In this document: piece after piece, positions 38,946-49,412 of the stretch
Layout of the letters: each line of letters starts with the position of its first letter
Position numbering within the stretch: the first letter of the stretch is position 1
Origin: Candidatus Spongiisociaceae bacterium
Lineage (GTDB): Bacteria > Actinomycetota > Acidimicrobiia > Spongiisociales > Spongiisociaceae
NCBI GenBank assembly: GCA_965219685.1
Contig: CBDCOH010000002.1
Coordinates: 1,664,001 to 1,728,000, forward strand
Length of the DNA stretch: 64,000 nucleotides
Direction of reading: 5' to 3'
Notes under the pieces: model-generated
What the model saw: the letters and a program-made list of their open reading frames with translations, nothing else
The model's database searches: none
Told to the model about the DNA's origin: nothing
Position numbers and translations under genes: made by a program

Positions 38946-38989
38946 AGCCTTAAGCATCCCCCAATCTCGATCACTGCGATTCACACTTA

Positions 38990-39952
38990 GAGGGCGCGCG
39001 GATTGCTTAGTTGGTGGGGTTCCAGCGGTTTCTCCAGTTGATAAGCTTGATGGTGATGATCAGGGCGATGGCTAGAGCGAGTTGCGCTAGCCGGTGGTGG
39101 ATGCGGCGGTCGGTGTTGCGGCGTAGCTGCCCGTAGTTGGTGAGCCACGAGTTGGTTCGTTCGATGGTCCAGCGCATACCGAGGGGGGTGGATAGTTTGG
39201 AGTGGTTGGCTTGGCCTCGTGGTCGGCGGCGGGCGCAGATGACGTCGGTGATCCCGGCGGCTTCGCAGAGAGCCCGTACTGCTTTGCTGTCATAGCCCCG
39301 GTCTAGGTGCAGGGTCTCGACATCTAACAGCAGACCACGGTCGCCGACCGCTTCGAGGGTAGGTCCGAACAGGATACTGTCGTGACGGTTGGCGCCGTCG
39401 GTGGCGCAGCCAACCGGGATACCGTTGGCATCTGTGGCCAGGGACCACTTCCAGCCGGATTTGGCCCGGTCGCAGGGGTTTTTCCCGGTTCCTTGGCCAC
39501 CGGACGGTGCCTTGTGCTGGCTGCCGTCAACCGAAACATCGGAAAGGTCCAACCCCACCATGCGGTCATAGGCCGCAATGGCCTCTTCCGCCAGAGCGTC
39601 GAACACCCCCGCATCTATCCACTCGTCGCGTCGGGCCCTCAGTGTGGTATCCGACACCGCCCCACCCAAGACGTGTTCGGCGCTCACCCACGAGCAGCCG
39701 GTCACCAACCGGATCAGGATCCCCTGGAAACAGACACGATCCGGGATACGGCGACGGTGACCACCCATGGGATGGTTGACCACCCGCTCAGGCAACAGGC
39801 CCTCCACGGCTTCCCACACCGCGTTTGCCACTTCGGGTTCCAGCGCGCGCATAATCATTCCTCCACCGGTTGGGGGTGTGTAATTGCTGCTCGGTATCAA
39901 ACCCGAGATACCACCCCAACTGGTGGATTTACCAAGCTATCCGCGCACGCTC
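38990..39952 (-). mobile_element. IS5 family (IS1031-like) insertion sequence
   Basis: Imperfect TIR GAGGGCGCGCGGAT / ATCCGCGCACGCTC; TTA target duplication. Confidence 0.88.
39007..39852 (-). CDS. IS5 family transposase
   Basis: TGCSW, VDGS, GANRHD, LDRGYD, RWTIERTNSW. Confidence 0.9.
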   Translation of the reverse strand: MRALEPEVANAVWEAVEGLLPERVVNHPMGGHRRRIPDRVCFQGILIRLVTGCSWVSAEHVLGGAVSDTTLRARRDEWIDAGVFDALAEEAIAAYDRMVGLDLSDVSVDGSQHKAPSGGQGTGKNPCDRAKSGWKWSLATDANGIPVGCATDGANRHDSILFGPTLEAVGDRGLLLDVETLHLDRGYDSKAVRALCEAAGITDVICARRRPRGQANHSKLSTPLGMRWTIERTNSWLTNYGQLRRNTDRRIHHRLAQLALAIALIITIKLINWRNRWNPTN

Positions 39953-39956
39953 TTAG

Positions 39957-41683
39957 CCTGGATCCACCGGCCGGGTTTCGTTGTTGGGGGTGAATAGCCG
40001 TGGAAAGTGCCTCTGACCTGGGACAATAGCTATTAGCAGATAGATGTTGGCCTGGAGTCGGGAGGCACTTCCTGTGAGTGGAGTATCGCAGAAGATTGAC
40101 CGGGTGGGGGTGGTTTTCGATGACGAGTCGCTGGTAGCCGACGCGGGATTGTTGGCAGCCGCGACTTTGGTTGATCGGTTGGGGTTGGAAGCTTTGGTGG
40201 ACGAGGTGGTGGGGCTGGGTGGCCGGGTGGGTGGAGCGAATCCGGGTCGTAAGGTATTGACGTTGGTGGCGTCGATGCTGGCGGGGGGTTCTCATATTGA
40301 TCATGTGGGGCGGCTGCGGTCGGGTTCCACCACCAAGGTGTTGGGGTTTGAGGTGATGGCTCCCTCCACGGTGGGCACGTTTCTGCGTTCGTTTACCTGG
40401 GGTCATGTGCGCCAGTTGGACAAAGCCGCGACCGCGACGCTGGGTCGGGCGTGGGAGGCGGGTGCCGGCCCCGGCGATGATGCGTTGACCCTGGATCTGG
40501 ACTCGACGATCTGTGAAGTGTCGGGCAAGGGGAAGCAAGGTGCTTCCTTCGGGTATACGAATGTGCTGGGTTATCACCCCCTGGTAGCGACCCGGGCCGA
40601 TACTGGGGAGATAGTCGGTGCCCGCCTGCGGGAAGGGGCATCACAGCGGGGCGTGGTGCATTTCGCTCGAGAAACCCTGGGACGTGTGCGGCGGGCCGGG
40701 GCATCAGGAAAGATCACGATACGGGCCGATTCGGGGTTCTGGTCCTATGAAATGTTCAAAACGCTGGAGGGTCTCGGAGTCGGCTGGTCGATCACCACCC
40801 CCCAGTACAACAACGTTCGCCAAGCAATAGCCGAAATAGACAAAGACGCCTGGACCAGCATCGACTACCCCCAAGACGGGGTAGCGCAGGTCGCGGAGAC
40901 AACCATCTGGGCGACACATCGCACCCGCCGCCGCGAGCGCATGAAACTCCGCCTAGTCGTCCGCCGCACCCGCCTGGTCGGTTCCCAGGCACAGCTATGG
41001 CCCGACTGGCGGTACCACAGCTTCGTAACCAACCTGGACCAGACAACCACCGAAGCCGACCAACACCACCACCCGAACACCGACAACGACAGCGAAGATA
41101 ACGGACACCAGATAGTCGAAGCCGACCGATACCACCGCCACCACGCCGTGTGCGAACTCGCCATCCGCGACCTCAAAGCCTCCGCCGGGCTCTCCCACCT
41201 ACCCTCAGCGAAGTTCTGCGCTAACGCCGCCTGGCTCGCCTGCGCCGTCCTAGCGCACAACATCTACCGCTGGATAGCCCTCCTCGGCTCGACCCAACCC
41301 AAGGGACAACTCGTCTACGGACCTACCATCCGTACCCGCCTCTTCGGCATACCCGGACGGATCGTCAACCACAGCGGCCGCCACATACTACGCCTACCCG
41401 CCCGATGGCCCTGGGCACACACCTACCAAACCACCCTCCGACACCTCCGCGCCCTACCACAACTCTGCTAAACCCCAAAACAGACCCCCCGGCACCGTAA
41501 CCAACCAGCCGAACCCCGAACCCAACACGTCCCAAACCGCCCCGACCACTGACCAAACCAGCCGAAAACCCCCGACCACCCCTACCACCCGCCGAAACCA
41601 ACCAGATCAACCCACCCCCACCCCTCAACCACCCCAACACCCCTCCCGAACCGCCCCCCGGCAACGCCATCGGTGGATTCAGG
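39957..41683 (+). mobile_element. IS1380 family insertion sequence
   Basis: TIR CCTGGATCCACCG / CGGTGGATTCAGG; CTTAG duplicated on both flanks. Confidence 0.88.
40074..41471 (+). CDS. IS1380 family transposase
   Basis: APSTVGTFL, LDLDST, GYHPL, RADSGF, E.AIRDLK, ANAAWL. GTG start follows GGAGG. Confidence 0.9.
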   Translation: MSGVSQKIDRVGVVFDDESLVADAGLLAAATLVDRLGLEALVDEVVGLGGRVGGANPGRKVLTLVASMLAGGSHIDHVGRLRSGSTTKVLGFEVMAPSTVGTFLRSFTWGHVRQLDKAATATLGRAWEAGAGPGDDALTLDLDSTICEVSGKGKQGASFGYTNVLGYHPLVATRADTGEIVGARLREGASQRGVVHFARETLGRVRRAGASGKITIRADSGFWSYEMFKTLEGLGVGWSITTPQYNNVRQAIAEIDKDAWTSIDYPQDGVAQVAETTIWATHRTRRRERMKLRLVVRRTRLVGSQAQLWPDWRYHSFVTNLDQTTTEADQHHHPNTDNDSEDNGHQIVEADRYHRHHAVCELAIRDLKASAGLSHLPSAKFCANAAWLACAVLAHNIYRWIALLGSTQPKGQLVYGPTIRTRLFGIPGRIVNHSGRHILRLPARWPWAHTYQTTLRHLRALPQLC

Positions 41684-41865
41684 CTTAGAGTGTGGGGAAG
41701 AAACGACCAAGACTCTTTATGAGGTCACATCCGCTGCGGACTAGCTGCCCATGCCCCGACCGGTGCCCGGGCGGCAGATCTGGGGTAAGGCACGACAGCA
41801 TATTCCTGGTGGGTCAGACCGGGCCCCGGTCCCATCCTAGAGCGTCCGCCGCGGCGGACGCTCGG

Positions 41866-42804
41866 TCAACGAAGACCGCGCACGAACGGTTGGGCGAGGG
41901 CGGCCGGCTGGCGGAAGCGCTCGGTGATGAAGTACATGACACCCAGGGTCAGCACGTACGGCAGGGCGGCCAGCAACTGGGCGTTGACCTGGTAGCCGAG
42001 CACGGGAACCGCCAGACGGAAGGCATCGGCCAGCCCGAATAGGAGAGCACCGAGGATCGTGCCGCGCAGTCTCCATCCGCCGAAGTAGACAGCCGCGATG
42101 GCGATGAAGCCGCGACCGCCGACGGCCCCGGTGTCGAAGCTTCCGACCTGGCCGAGCACAAGAAACGCGCCGCCCAGTCCCGCCAGCATGCCGCCGTAGT
42201 AGATCGCCTGGCGCCGCCGCTTGTTCACGTCGATGCCCGAGACATCCGCCGCCTGCGGGTTCTCGCCCACGGAGCGGACCTCGAGCCCCCACCGCGTCCG
42301 GTACAGGACCCACCATGTCAGCGGGACCAGCGGGTAGAGGAGGTAGGTGGGCCAGGTCTGCCCGAACAGAGCAGGGCCGATCAGCGGAAGATCGGAGAGG
42401 AACGGGATCTGCAGGACTCCTGCCCGCTCGGCGACCGGATCGATCGACGCACTCAGGAACCCGACCAGGCCCAGCACCAGAATGTTCACCGTGATACCCA
42501 CCACGAACTGGTCGGCGGCGAGGCGGTGGCTCATGTTCGCCTGCAGCATCGCGACCACCAACCCCGAGCCGACGCCCAGGACCAGGCCCACCCACACCGA
42601 CCCGCTGGCGCTGAAGGCGACCGCACCCCCGAAGGCCCCCGCCAGCAGCGAACCCTCGACCGATATGTTGATGGTTCCGGCCTTCTCCGCCACCAGTTCC
42701 CCCAATGCCGCGAACGCCAGGAAGGCTCCCAACCGGACCGCGCTCCCGTACATGGTCGGGCTGCCTGCGATCTCCGCGAGTCCGCCCAGTAGGTCGCCCA
42801 TCAC
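41866..42804 (-). CDS. Nucleoside-type ABC permease
   Basis: EKAGTINISVEG, GRGFIAIA, LPYVLT. Confidence 0.88.
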   Translation of the reverse strand: MMGDLLGGLAEIAGSPTMYGSAVRLGAFLAFAALGELVAEKAGTINISVEGSLLAGAFGGAVAFSASGSVWVGLVLGVGSGLVVAMLQANMSHRLAADQFVVGITVNILVLGLVGFLSASIDPVAERAGVLQIPFLSDLPLIGPALFGQTWPTYLLYPLVPLTWWVLYRTRWGLEVRSVGENPQAADVSGIDVNKRRRQAIYYGGMLAGLGGAFLVLGQVGSFDTGAVGGRGFIAIAAVYFGGWRLRGTILGALLFGLADAFRLAVPVLGYQVNAQLLAALPYVLTLGVMYFITERFRQPAALAQPFVRGLR

Positions 42805-43928
42805 GCTTCCCCGACACCGGCAGTGGTCACCGTGCCACGCTGCTCACGCAGGAACTGGACTGCCGGGGGAATCAGGAGGGCCAGCACCAGGAGCGCCTGG
42901 ATGACGTCGACCACCTTGCGATCCACGCCGGTCGCAGCCAGAAAACCTGCGCCCGTGCGGAGGGCGGCGAAAACTATGGCCACCGGAACGCATAGCAGCG
43001 GCCTGGTCCGAGCCACCAGCGCAACCAGCAGACCCTGCCACCCGATCTCGTTCGAGAACCCCGCTGTGAGACGGGCGCTGGAGGCGCCACCCGCCATCAT
43101 CATCGCTCCTGCAAAGCCCGCCAGCGCCCCCGACGCGAAGAGCGCGGCGCTCCCCGCCCGGGCCACCGCCACGCCGGCCTGCTGAGCAACGTTGGGGCCG
43201 GCGCCGAGCAGCCGCAGCTTGAACCCCGGCACGGTTCTCGCCAGCAGGAATGCCACCGCCCCGGCCCCTGCCAGCGCGACGAGGAAGCCTGCGTGGAACT
43301 CGTTGCCGAACACCGTGACGACCGGCAGGCGGACCGAGGCGGGCAGGGATGCACTGGTCACGGCCTGGCTGGGCCGGTTCGGATCCAAATCACGGAGGAA
43401 CCAGTCGGTCGTGATCGCGAACCCGACCACCTGGAAGGCAACGAACACCAGCAGGAGGGTGGAGATGACTTCCGGCACTCCTCTGCGGAATCGCATAAGC
43501 GCCGCCAGTCCGGCATAGGCGCCGCCCGTGACCGCCGCAAGCACCAGGCCACCTACGAGCAGGAGCGGGCCCGGACCGGGAAGCCTGGTCCCCACCAGAG
43601 CCATGGCCACGGCCCCGATCAGCAACTGGCCTTCCTGGCCTATGTTGAAGAAACCTGCCTTCACCCCGATCACCATGCCGAGGGCGACCAGCAGCATCGG
43701 TGCGGCGTGTGCGAGGGTGTTGCCCCACCGCCCCGGAGCGAGGAAGGCTCCATCCAGCAGGGCTCCCAGCATCCCGGTCCACGACTGCCCTGTGGCAGCC
43801 ACCAGAGCGGCCGACAGGACCAGGGCCCCGCCGAGACTCAGCAGGTAGATAAATGCTGTCTCGCTCCTGCGGCCGATACCGGACCCGGACTGGGTCTGGA
43901 CGGGAGGCTCTACCGTACCGGGCATCAC
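42801..43928 (-). CDS. Nucleoside-type ABC permease
   Basis: FNIGQEGQ, EVISTLLL, multiple TM helices. Confidence 0.85.
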   Translation of the reverse strand: MMPGTVEPPVQTQSGSGIGRRSETAFIYLLSLGGALVLSAALVAATGQSWTGMLGALLDGAFLAPGRWGNTLAHAAPMLLVALGMVIGVKAGFFNIGQEGQLLIGAVAMALVGTRLPGPGPLLLVGGLVLAAVTGGAYAGLAALMRFRRGVPEVISTLLLVFVAFQVVGFAITTDWFLRDLDPNRPSQAVTSASLPASVRLPVVTVFGNEFHAGFLVALAGAGAVAFLLARTVPGFKLRLLGAGPNVAQQAGVAVARAGSAALFASGALAGFAGAMMMAGGASSARLTAGFSNEIGWQGLLVALVARTRPLLCVPVAIVFAALRTGAGFLAATGVDRKVVDVIQALLVLALLIPPAVQFLREQRGTVTTAGVGEA

Positions 43929-45508
43929 GGCGGTGCTTCCGTTGCATCTTTGCCTCCCATCAGGAGGCCCAATTGCTGCATGTCGAGGCCCGGACGGGCC
44001 AGTTCACCGGAGATCGCTCCCCTGTGAATCACTGCAACCCGGTCCGCCAGGGAGATGATCTCTCGGAGGTCGGTGGAAAGCAGCAGTATCCCGATGCCTT
44101 CCCCGGCGGCATGCCGGAGGCGGTCGGCCACGTACTCGATCGCTCCCACGTCGAGACCGCGCGTCGGCTGGTGGGCTACCACCACCTTGGGCGAGGCCGA
44201 AAGGGCCCGGGCCACGACCACCCTCTGCTGGTTCCCGCCCGAGAGACGATCCAGTGGAGTGTCGGGATCCGGCGTGCGGATGCCGTACTCACGGATCAAC
44301 TCGAGGGCGTTGGCGCGGATGGCTTCCCGGCGAAGAAGCCCACGGCGCTGCATGCGGTCCAAGATCGGGATCATCAGGTTCTCGGCCACGGTCATGCCCA
44401 GCACGCACCCCGACCGGTGACGATCGGCCGGGATCACCGCTACCCCCGCCGCTGCCATGGCTCCCGCCTCACCGGTGGGAACCGGCTCGCCTCCCATCGC
44501 CACCACACCTTGATCGAGCCGGAGGAGTCCGGCCATCACATCTGACACCGCGGTCTGCCCGTTTCCCTCCACACCGGCGACGCCCACGATCTCACCCTCC
44601 CGGACGTCGATGGACAGGCTGTCGAGCAGGACACTTCCGTCCTCCGCCTTCACGCACGCCTGCGCGATGCGGAGCACAGGCGGGTCGGGCACTGCGCAGG
44701 GATCCTGCTCCATCCGGTCTGCCGCCGGACTCCTGCCCTCCGGGTCGCCGGCCGCGGTCACCGCGAGCAGGGGGACGGGGCGTCCCACCATCGCCCTGGC
44801 CAACGCAGGGACATCGGAGGCGGCGGTCGCGGTCCGGTGGGTGACCCGTCCGTGGTGCATCACGGTTATCCGGTCGGTGGCCCTCAGGATCTCGTCGAGT
44901 TTGTGGCTGACCAGCGCCACGGCCCACCCTTCGGTCCGGGCTCCTTCACGGAGCACCTCGAACAGTTGCTCGGACTCGGCGGGGGTGAGGGCGGAGGTCG
45001 GCTCGTCGAGGAGGATGATGCGGGGTTCGTGCGACAGGCACTTGATTATCTCCACGCGCTGGCGGATCCCGCTCGAGAGGTCGCGGACGGGTGCGTCGGG
45101 ATCCACATCCAGGCCGTAACGCTCGGAGATGTCCCGGATGCGGCTCTTCGTCGAGTCGGGATCGAAGGGGCCGGTCTCCCCGAGCGCGACGTTCTCCCAT
45201 ACGGTCAGGGCATCGACCAGGCTGTAGTGCTGGTGCACCATGCCGATGCCTTGTTCGGCCGCACCCACCGGATCGCCCATGCGGCACGGGATCCCGTCGA
45301 TCCTCACGGCGCCGGAGTCGGGAAGGGCAAGCCCGAAGATCAGACGCATGAGCGTGGACTTGCCGGCGCCGTTCTCCCCCAGGACTCCGTGGACCTCACC
45401 GGCCCGCAGTTCCAGGTCGACTCCATCGCATGCCACGACGTTCCCGAACCGCTTGGTCATCCCCAGGAGTTCGACAACCGGCTGATCGAGCCTAGGGGCG
45501 GTCGTCAT
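43925..45508 (-). CDS. Nucleoside-type ABC ATPase
   Basis: GENGAGKST, LDEPT, GVEGNGQ, LSGGNQQR, QPTRGLD. Confidence 0.9.
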   Translation of the reverse strand: MTTAPRLDQPVVELLGMTKRFGNVVACDGVDLELRAGEVHGVLGENGAGKSTLMRLIFGLALPDSGAVRIDGIPCRMGDPVGAAEQGIGMVHQHYSLVDALTVWENVALGETGPFDPDSTKSRIRDISERYGLDVDPDAPVRDLSSGIRQRVEIIKCLSHEPRIILLDEPTSALTPAESEQLFEVLREGARTEGWAVALVSHKLDEILRATDRITVMHHGRVTHRTATAASDVPALARAMVGRPVPLLAVTAAGDPEGRSPAADRMEQDPCAVPDPPVLRIAQACVKAEDGSVLLDSLSIDVREGEIVGVAGVEGNGQTAVSDVMAGLLRLDQGVVAMGGEPVPTGEAGAMAAAGVAVIPADRHRSGCVLGMTVAENLMIPILDRMQRRGLLRREAIRANALELIREYGIRTPDPDTPLDRLSGGNQQRVVVARALSASPKVVVAHQPTRGLDVGAIEYVADRLRHAAGEGIGILLLSTDLREIISLADRVAVIHRGAISGELARPGLDMQQLGLLMGGKDATEAPP

Positions 45509-45547
45509 CCAGGCCTCTTCGTACCGGCTTCGCCGGCACCCTCCTAG

Positions 45548-45799
45548 GCGAATGGTTCCAAGCCATGCGACTGCCGCGAGGCACACTGGACCATCGGTAC
45601 ACAACGATGCTCAGCACAGCTGACACCTGAATGTGCCTGTGTCTCCTTGCGCGGGTCCCCAGTCTTCGGTCGGCGGCGCGCCCACCGGCGCTCAAGTGAC
45701 ACCCGGACAGCGCATTCGCGGCCGCACACGGATACGATCTAGCGCCAACCACCGATCACCAACTACCGACTGCCGACCAGGAGACTAGGAACTAGTCAT
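45548..45799 (-). mobile_element. MITE-like element, long copy (252 bp)
   Basis: Minus strand reads CTAG|ATGACTAGTTCC...GGAACCATTCGC|CTAG; one flanking CTAG contains the BMP stop codon. Confidence 0.7.
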
Positions 45800-47029
45800 C
45801 TAGAAACCGTACGCCTCGGACAGGATCTCGTAGATCTGGTCTGCGAAGTCCCCGGCTCCGATCCGCGCGTTCAGATCCTCGAGCGCCTGCTGCTGATCGG
45901 AGGTGGGGTCGCAAAGGTTGGCGCCGACCTCCGGATCCACTCCCACCGTGAACCTCCGTGCGCCGCCCTCCTCGGCGGTTCCGGCCAGGATCTCGTCGAA
46001 GATCGGAGCCAGGTAGTCACCGGCGTCGAACATGACCTCGAGGTCGTAGGTGAGGTCTTCCCTCTCGCATCCTGCCGATGATCCGGCGGTCATGACGATG
46101 AGCCCGTCATCGTTCGCCAGCCGGACGATCGGTTCGTGCGCCCCCCCCAGGAACGGGTAGACCGCCCCGACTCCCTCGGCGACCGCGTTGTTGTACGCCT
46201 CGGTAGCCCCGGCGGTGTTGTTGAAGTCGAACGCGAAGTTGCCGGTCGGCACGTAGATTATCTCGAACTCCTCGTCCACCAGGCGCAGCCCGAACTCGAA
46301 CGCCAGGAACGACTCCTTCTCGAAGTTCAGGTCGCAACATCCGAGGAACACGGCGCGATCGGACCCACGTTCCAGCAACAGCAGCCCGGTGGCGTACCCG
46401 GCGGAGATACCGAGTTCCGCACCGCTGTCCGCGCTCCGGAGGAGGCCCGGCGTGTCCTGGTAGCCGGAGCCGCAGTTGCAGTACCAGAAGATCTGGTCGT
46501 GCTCGAGGAAGAGGTCCTCGTTACCGTCCGCTAGGTTGCTCGACCCGATGGCGATGATGTCGGCGCCCTGAGCCACCACGTTCTCGAGTTCGGCGCGGGC
46601 GTTGGCCGGGTCGACCTGGTCGACGATGAGCGGGGGCCGGTAACCCGCCTCGTCCGAGATCGACTCGACCCGTTCCACCAGGGCCTGGTAGTAGGCACCG
46701 TCGTCACGCGCGCCCTCGGTCACGACCGCGATACGGACCTCACCGTCGCCGTTGAAGTCCGCCGCGCCCCAGTCAGGTGCTGGTTCCTCGGCTACGGACA
46801 CCTCCGTGGTGCCGGGTTCCGGGTCTGTCACCTCGGCGCTCTCTCCACCGCTGGAGTCGGGAGTCTCAGCTTCGGCGGCACCGATTGGCGCGGTCGTGTC
46901 CGTGACGATCACCTGCCCATCCGTCGTGTCGGTGGGCTGGATGGCCTCCGGATCGGTATCGGCGCAGGCGGCCACCACGACCGCCAGGACGACCAAGCCG
47001 GGCAAGAACCGACTGGAGATAACTTTCAT
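45800..47029 (-). CDS. BMP family ABC substrate-binding lipoprotein
   Basis: Lipobox VAAC, acidic linker, ARDDGAYYQ; first gene of the ABC operon. Confidence 0.78.
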   Translation of the reverse strand: MKVISSRFLPGLVVLAVVVAACADTDPEAIQPTDTTDGQVIVTDTTAPIGAAEAETPDSSGGESAEVTDPEPGTTEVSVAEEPAPDWGAADFNGDGEVRIAVVTEGARDDGAYYQALVERVESISDEAGYRPPLIVDQVDPANARAELENVVAQGADIIAIGSSNLADGNEDLFLEHDQIFWYCNCGSGYQDTPGLLRSADSGAELGISAGYATGLLLLERGSDRAVFLGCCDLNFEKESFLAFEFGLRLVDEEFEIIYVPTGNFAFDFNNTAGATEAYNNAVAEGVGAVYPFLGGAHEPIVRLANDDGLIVMTAGSSAGCEREDLTYDLEVMFDAGDYLAPIFDEILAGTAEEGGARRFTVGVDPEVGANLCDPTSDQQQALEDLNARIGAGDFADQIYEILSEAYGF

Positions 47030-47287
47030 CGCACCGTACTCCCGTCGCAATACCGGGGCAGACGCCCGACTCTCGGACCCTGTCCCGTGCTCCGCAAGCC
47101 CTCCCGTGGTCTTCGGCGTCCGCTCCCCGGCCCTTCCGCCGACAGACCGTCCGTCGTTGTCTTGCGGACCGAATAATCCCGTCTCCAGACTAATGCCCCT
47201 GTGCCCCGCCGAATCCCTGCGCGGATCGACTCCTGGCCCCGCAAGAGCCCGAGTCCGGGGTACGGCTCCTTGCCCGACGCAGCCCGG

Positions 47288-48076
47288 TCAACGGCCTCGG
47301 GGCTTGCCGTGCACCGCTTCGTAGAGACGTCGGACCATCGCGGTCGGATCGGCTGCTCCCCAGGTGTTGCGCCCGAATGCGATGCCCGACGCGCCCGCGG
47401 CGACCACTTCCCGGGCATAGTCGACTGCCTCGTCCTCGGAGTCCCTCCTGGGACCGCCCAGGACGAACAGGGGAACCTCGCAGTTCTCGATCACGCGGCC
47501 GAGGTCATCGACATCCGGTGGCGCCATCGTCTTGACCGCGTCCGCCCCGATCTCCACGCAGACCCGCGCGCCCCAGGCGATGTGCTCGGTGTCCCAAGGC
47601 ACCTCCCTGGACCACCCACCCGGGATCGACTCGGCGACGACGGGCATCCCGATCTTCTCGCATTCGCCCACCAGAGCGGCGAGGCGCCTCAGCGACCGAA
47701 CCTCGTCGTTCATGCCGGGGAAAGCCATCAGGACCACCGCGTCGGCGCCGATGAGCGCCGCCTGCTCGGCACCGTGCATCAGGTGCATGTCGTCACCCTC
47801 TTGAGGGTCGCCCATCAGGGTCACCGCTCCGTCCACCCGCAGCACCAAGCCGCACTGGGCGAACGCCCCCGGGTATCTGCGGGCGATATGCCAGGTGGCC
47901 AGGATCCCATCCGGTCCACCCTCGGCTACGTGCTCCACCGCATCGAGAGCGGGACCCTGCCCGGTCGCCGACTGCATGTCGATCGCCACCAGCAGGGCTC
48001 GGCCGTCTGCACCCATGAACCGGGATGAGCGCCTGACCTTGCCCGCGCCGACCGCCGAGGAGACGTATTCCATCAC
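47288..48076 (-). CDS. Class I aldolase (DhnA/LsrF-type)
   Basis: GADAV, GADAVKT (Schiff-base Lys), LGG, GIAFGRN. Confidence 0.85.
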   Translation of the reverse strand: MMEYVSSAVGAGKVRRSSRFMGADGRALLVAIDMQSATGQGPALDAVEHVAEGGPDGILATWHIARRYPGAFAQCGLVLRVDGAVTLMGDPQEGDDMHLMHGAEQAALIGADAVVLMAFPGMNDEVRSLRRLAALVGECEKIGMPVVAESIPGGWSREVPWDTEHIAWGARVCVEIGADAVKTMAPPDVDDLGRVIENCEVPLFVLGGPRRDSEDEAVDYAREVVAAGASGIAFGRNTWGAADPTAMVRRLYEAVHGKPRGR

Positions 48077-48110
48077 TGCTTTCCTCCTACCTGGCCGAGG
48101 TGTCCCAACG

Positions 48111-49412
48111 CTAACCCCGCCCGAGTCGCGACTCAGCCTGGTCTCCCAGGGAGATGAAACGCCGGAGGCCTTCTTCGTACACCGTCGAGCACTCCGGATC
48201 GAAGGTGGTTACGGGTGGTGTCGGCCAGTCACCCACCATGCCGTCTCCGGGCCGCGGCCACCACCCTACCGCCGCCCCGGCTGCCAGAGCACCTCCGTAC
48301 GCAGCCATCTCGTCGCAGGCCGGGACATCGACGGGCACACCCAGCACCGCCGCCTTGATCGAGGTCCACAGCCTGCTGCGGGACGGCCCTCCCGAGCTGA
48401 CCAGGCTGCGCAGTTCGAGGCCCTGGCGGGCCAGTTCGATGGCTATGTGAGCCAGTCCGTATGCCGTCGACTCGAGGATGGCCCTCGCTACCACCGCCGC
48501 CCCGGAGTCCTGGCTGAGGCCGACGATCTCGGCACTGAGCCGTGGCTCCCATCTCGGCGCCCGCTCGCCCTCGAGAAACGGCAGTACCAGCACCCCTCCC
48601 GAACCCGGCTCAACCGCCCCGGCGGCATCCAGAAGGTCGGTGACCGGTCGGCCGGTCACGCCCGCCCACCAGTCCAGCATGGCGCCGTGGGAGGCGACCG
48701 GGCCGCCGACGATGTGGATACCCGGAACATGGCTGGGCATCCCGTATTCGGCCGCCCATCCGTGGTCACGAGACGCTGCCGCCACCCCGAGACCCCCGGT
48801 CGTGCCCCCGGGGTCGAAGCCGCGCCCGGGCGTGTCGATGGCGCCGGCCCAGGCGGTCAGGTAGGCATCGTTCGATCCGGGCGCCAGCACCATGCCTTCA
48901 GGGAGGCCGTTGCTGCCCGAGGTCAACCCGATCGGAGAACCAACCGGTACAGGGTCCCCGAAGCCGGGCAGCGGTTCCAGCCCGGGCCAGACACTCTGGA
49001 TGTGCGCCCGGCCACCTAGGCACGACAGCAGGAAGTCCCACATCTGCCGGGGCCGGGTTCCCGGTCCCAGTCGCTCCTCGAGCAGCGCGGCGTGCGCCTT
49101 CTGCTGCCCGGCGAAGTCCGCCGACGCGCCCACCGGATGGCGGTAGGTGAACGCCAGATCCCCACCGGCAGCCACGGTTGTCGGGCCGTGGCCGCCCACA
49201 CCCAGTGCCAGGGGGGCTGCACACGGGAGCCTCATTACCGCTTCGCCCAGTCCATCGAGCCATACCGCCGGATCGGCCTGCCCCACCGGCAGCCGCGGAG
49301 AGCAGCGGTAGGCAGCCCTGGATGTGGCGACGACCCGTCCTTCGCTATCGACGGCCACGGCCCGGGCCGAACCGGTACCGATGTCCACACCGGCAACCAC
49401 GTGGGAGGCCAT
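48111..49412 (-). CDS. FGGY family carbohydrate kinase
   Basis: GVDIGTGSAR, LPFLEGERAP, SGGPSRS, AAYGGA. Confidence 0.88.
   Translation of the reverse strand: MASHVVAGVDIGTGSARAVAVDSEGRVVATSRAAYRCSPRLPVGQADPAVWLDGLGEAVMRLPCAAPLALGVGGHGPTTVAAGGDLAFTYRHPVGASADFAGQQKAHAALLEERLGPGTRPRQMWDFLLSCLGGRAHIQSVWPGLEPLPGFGDPVPVGSPIGLTSGSNGLPEGMVLAPGSNDAYLTAWAGAIDTPGRGFDPGGTTGGLGVAAASRDHGWAAEYGMPSHVPGIHIVGGPVASHGAMLDWWAGVTGRPVTDLLDAAGAVEPGSGGVLVLPFLEGERAPRWEPRLSAEIVGLSQDSGAAVVARAILESTAYGLAHIAIELARQGLELRSLVSSGGPSRSRLWTSIKAAVLGVPVDVPACDEMAAYGGALAAGAAVGWWPRPGDGMVGDWPTPPVTTFDPECSTVYEEGLRRFISLGDQAESRLGRG

Noticed and set aside
41472-41670. C/A-rich low-complexity tract as a separate repeat or telomere-like element
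   Set aside because: It lies inside the IS1380 TIRs and has no regular period.
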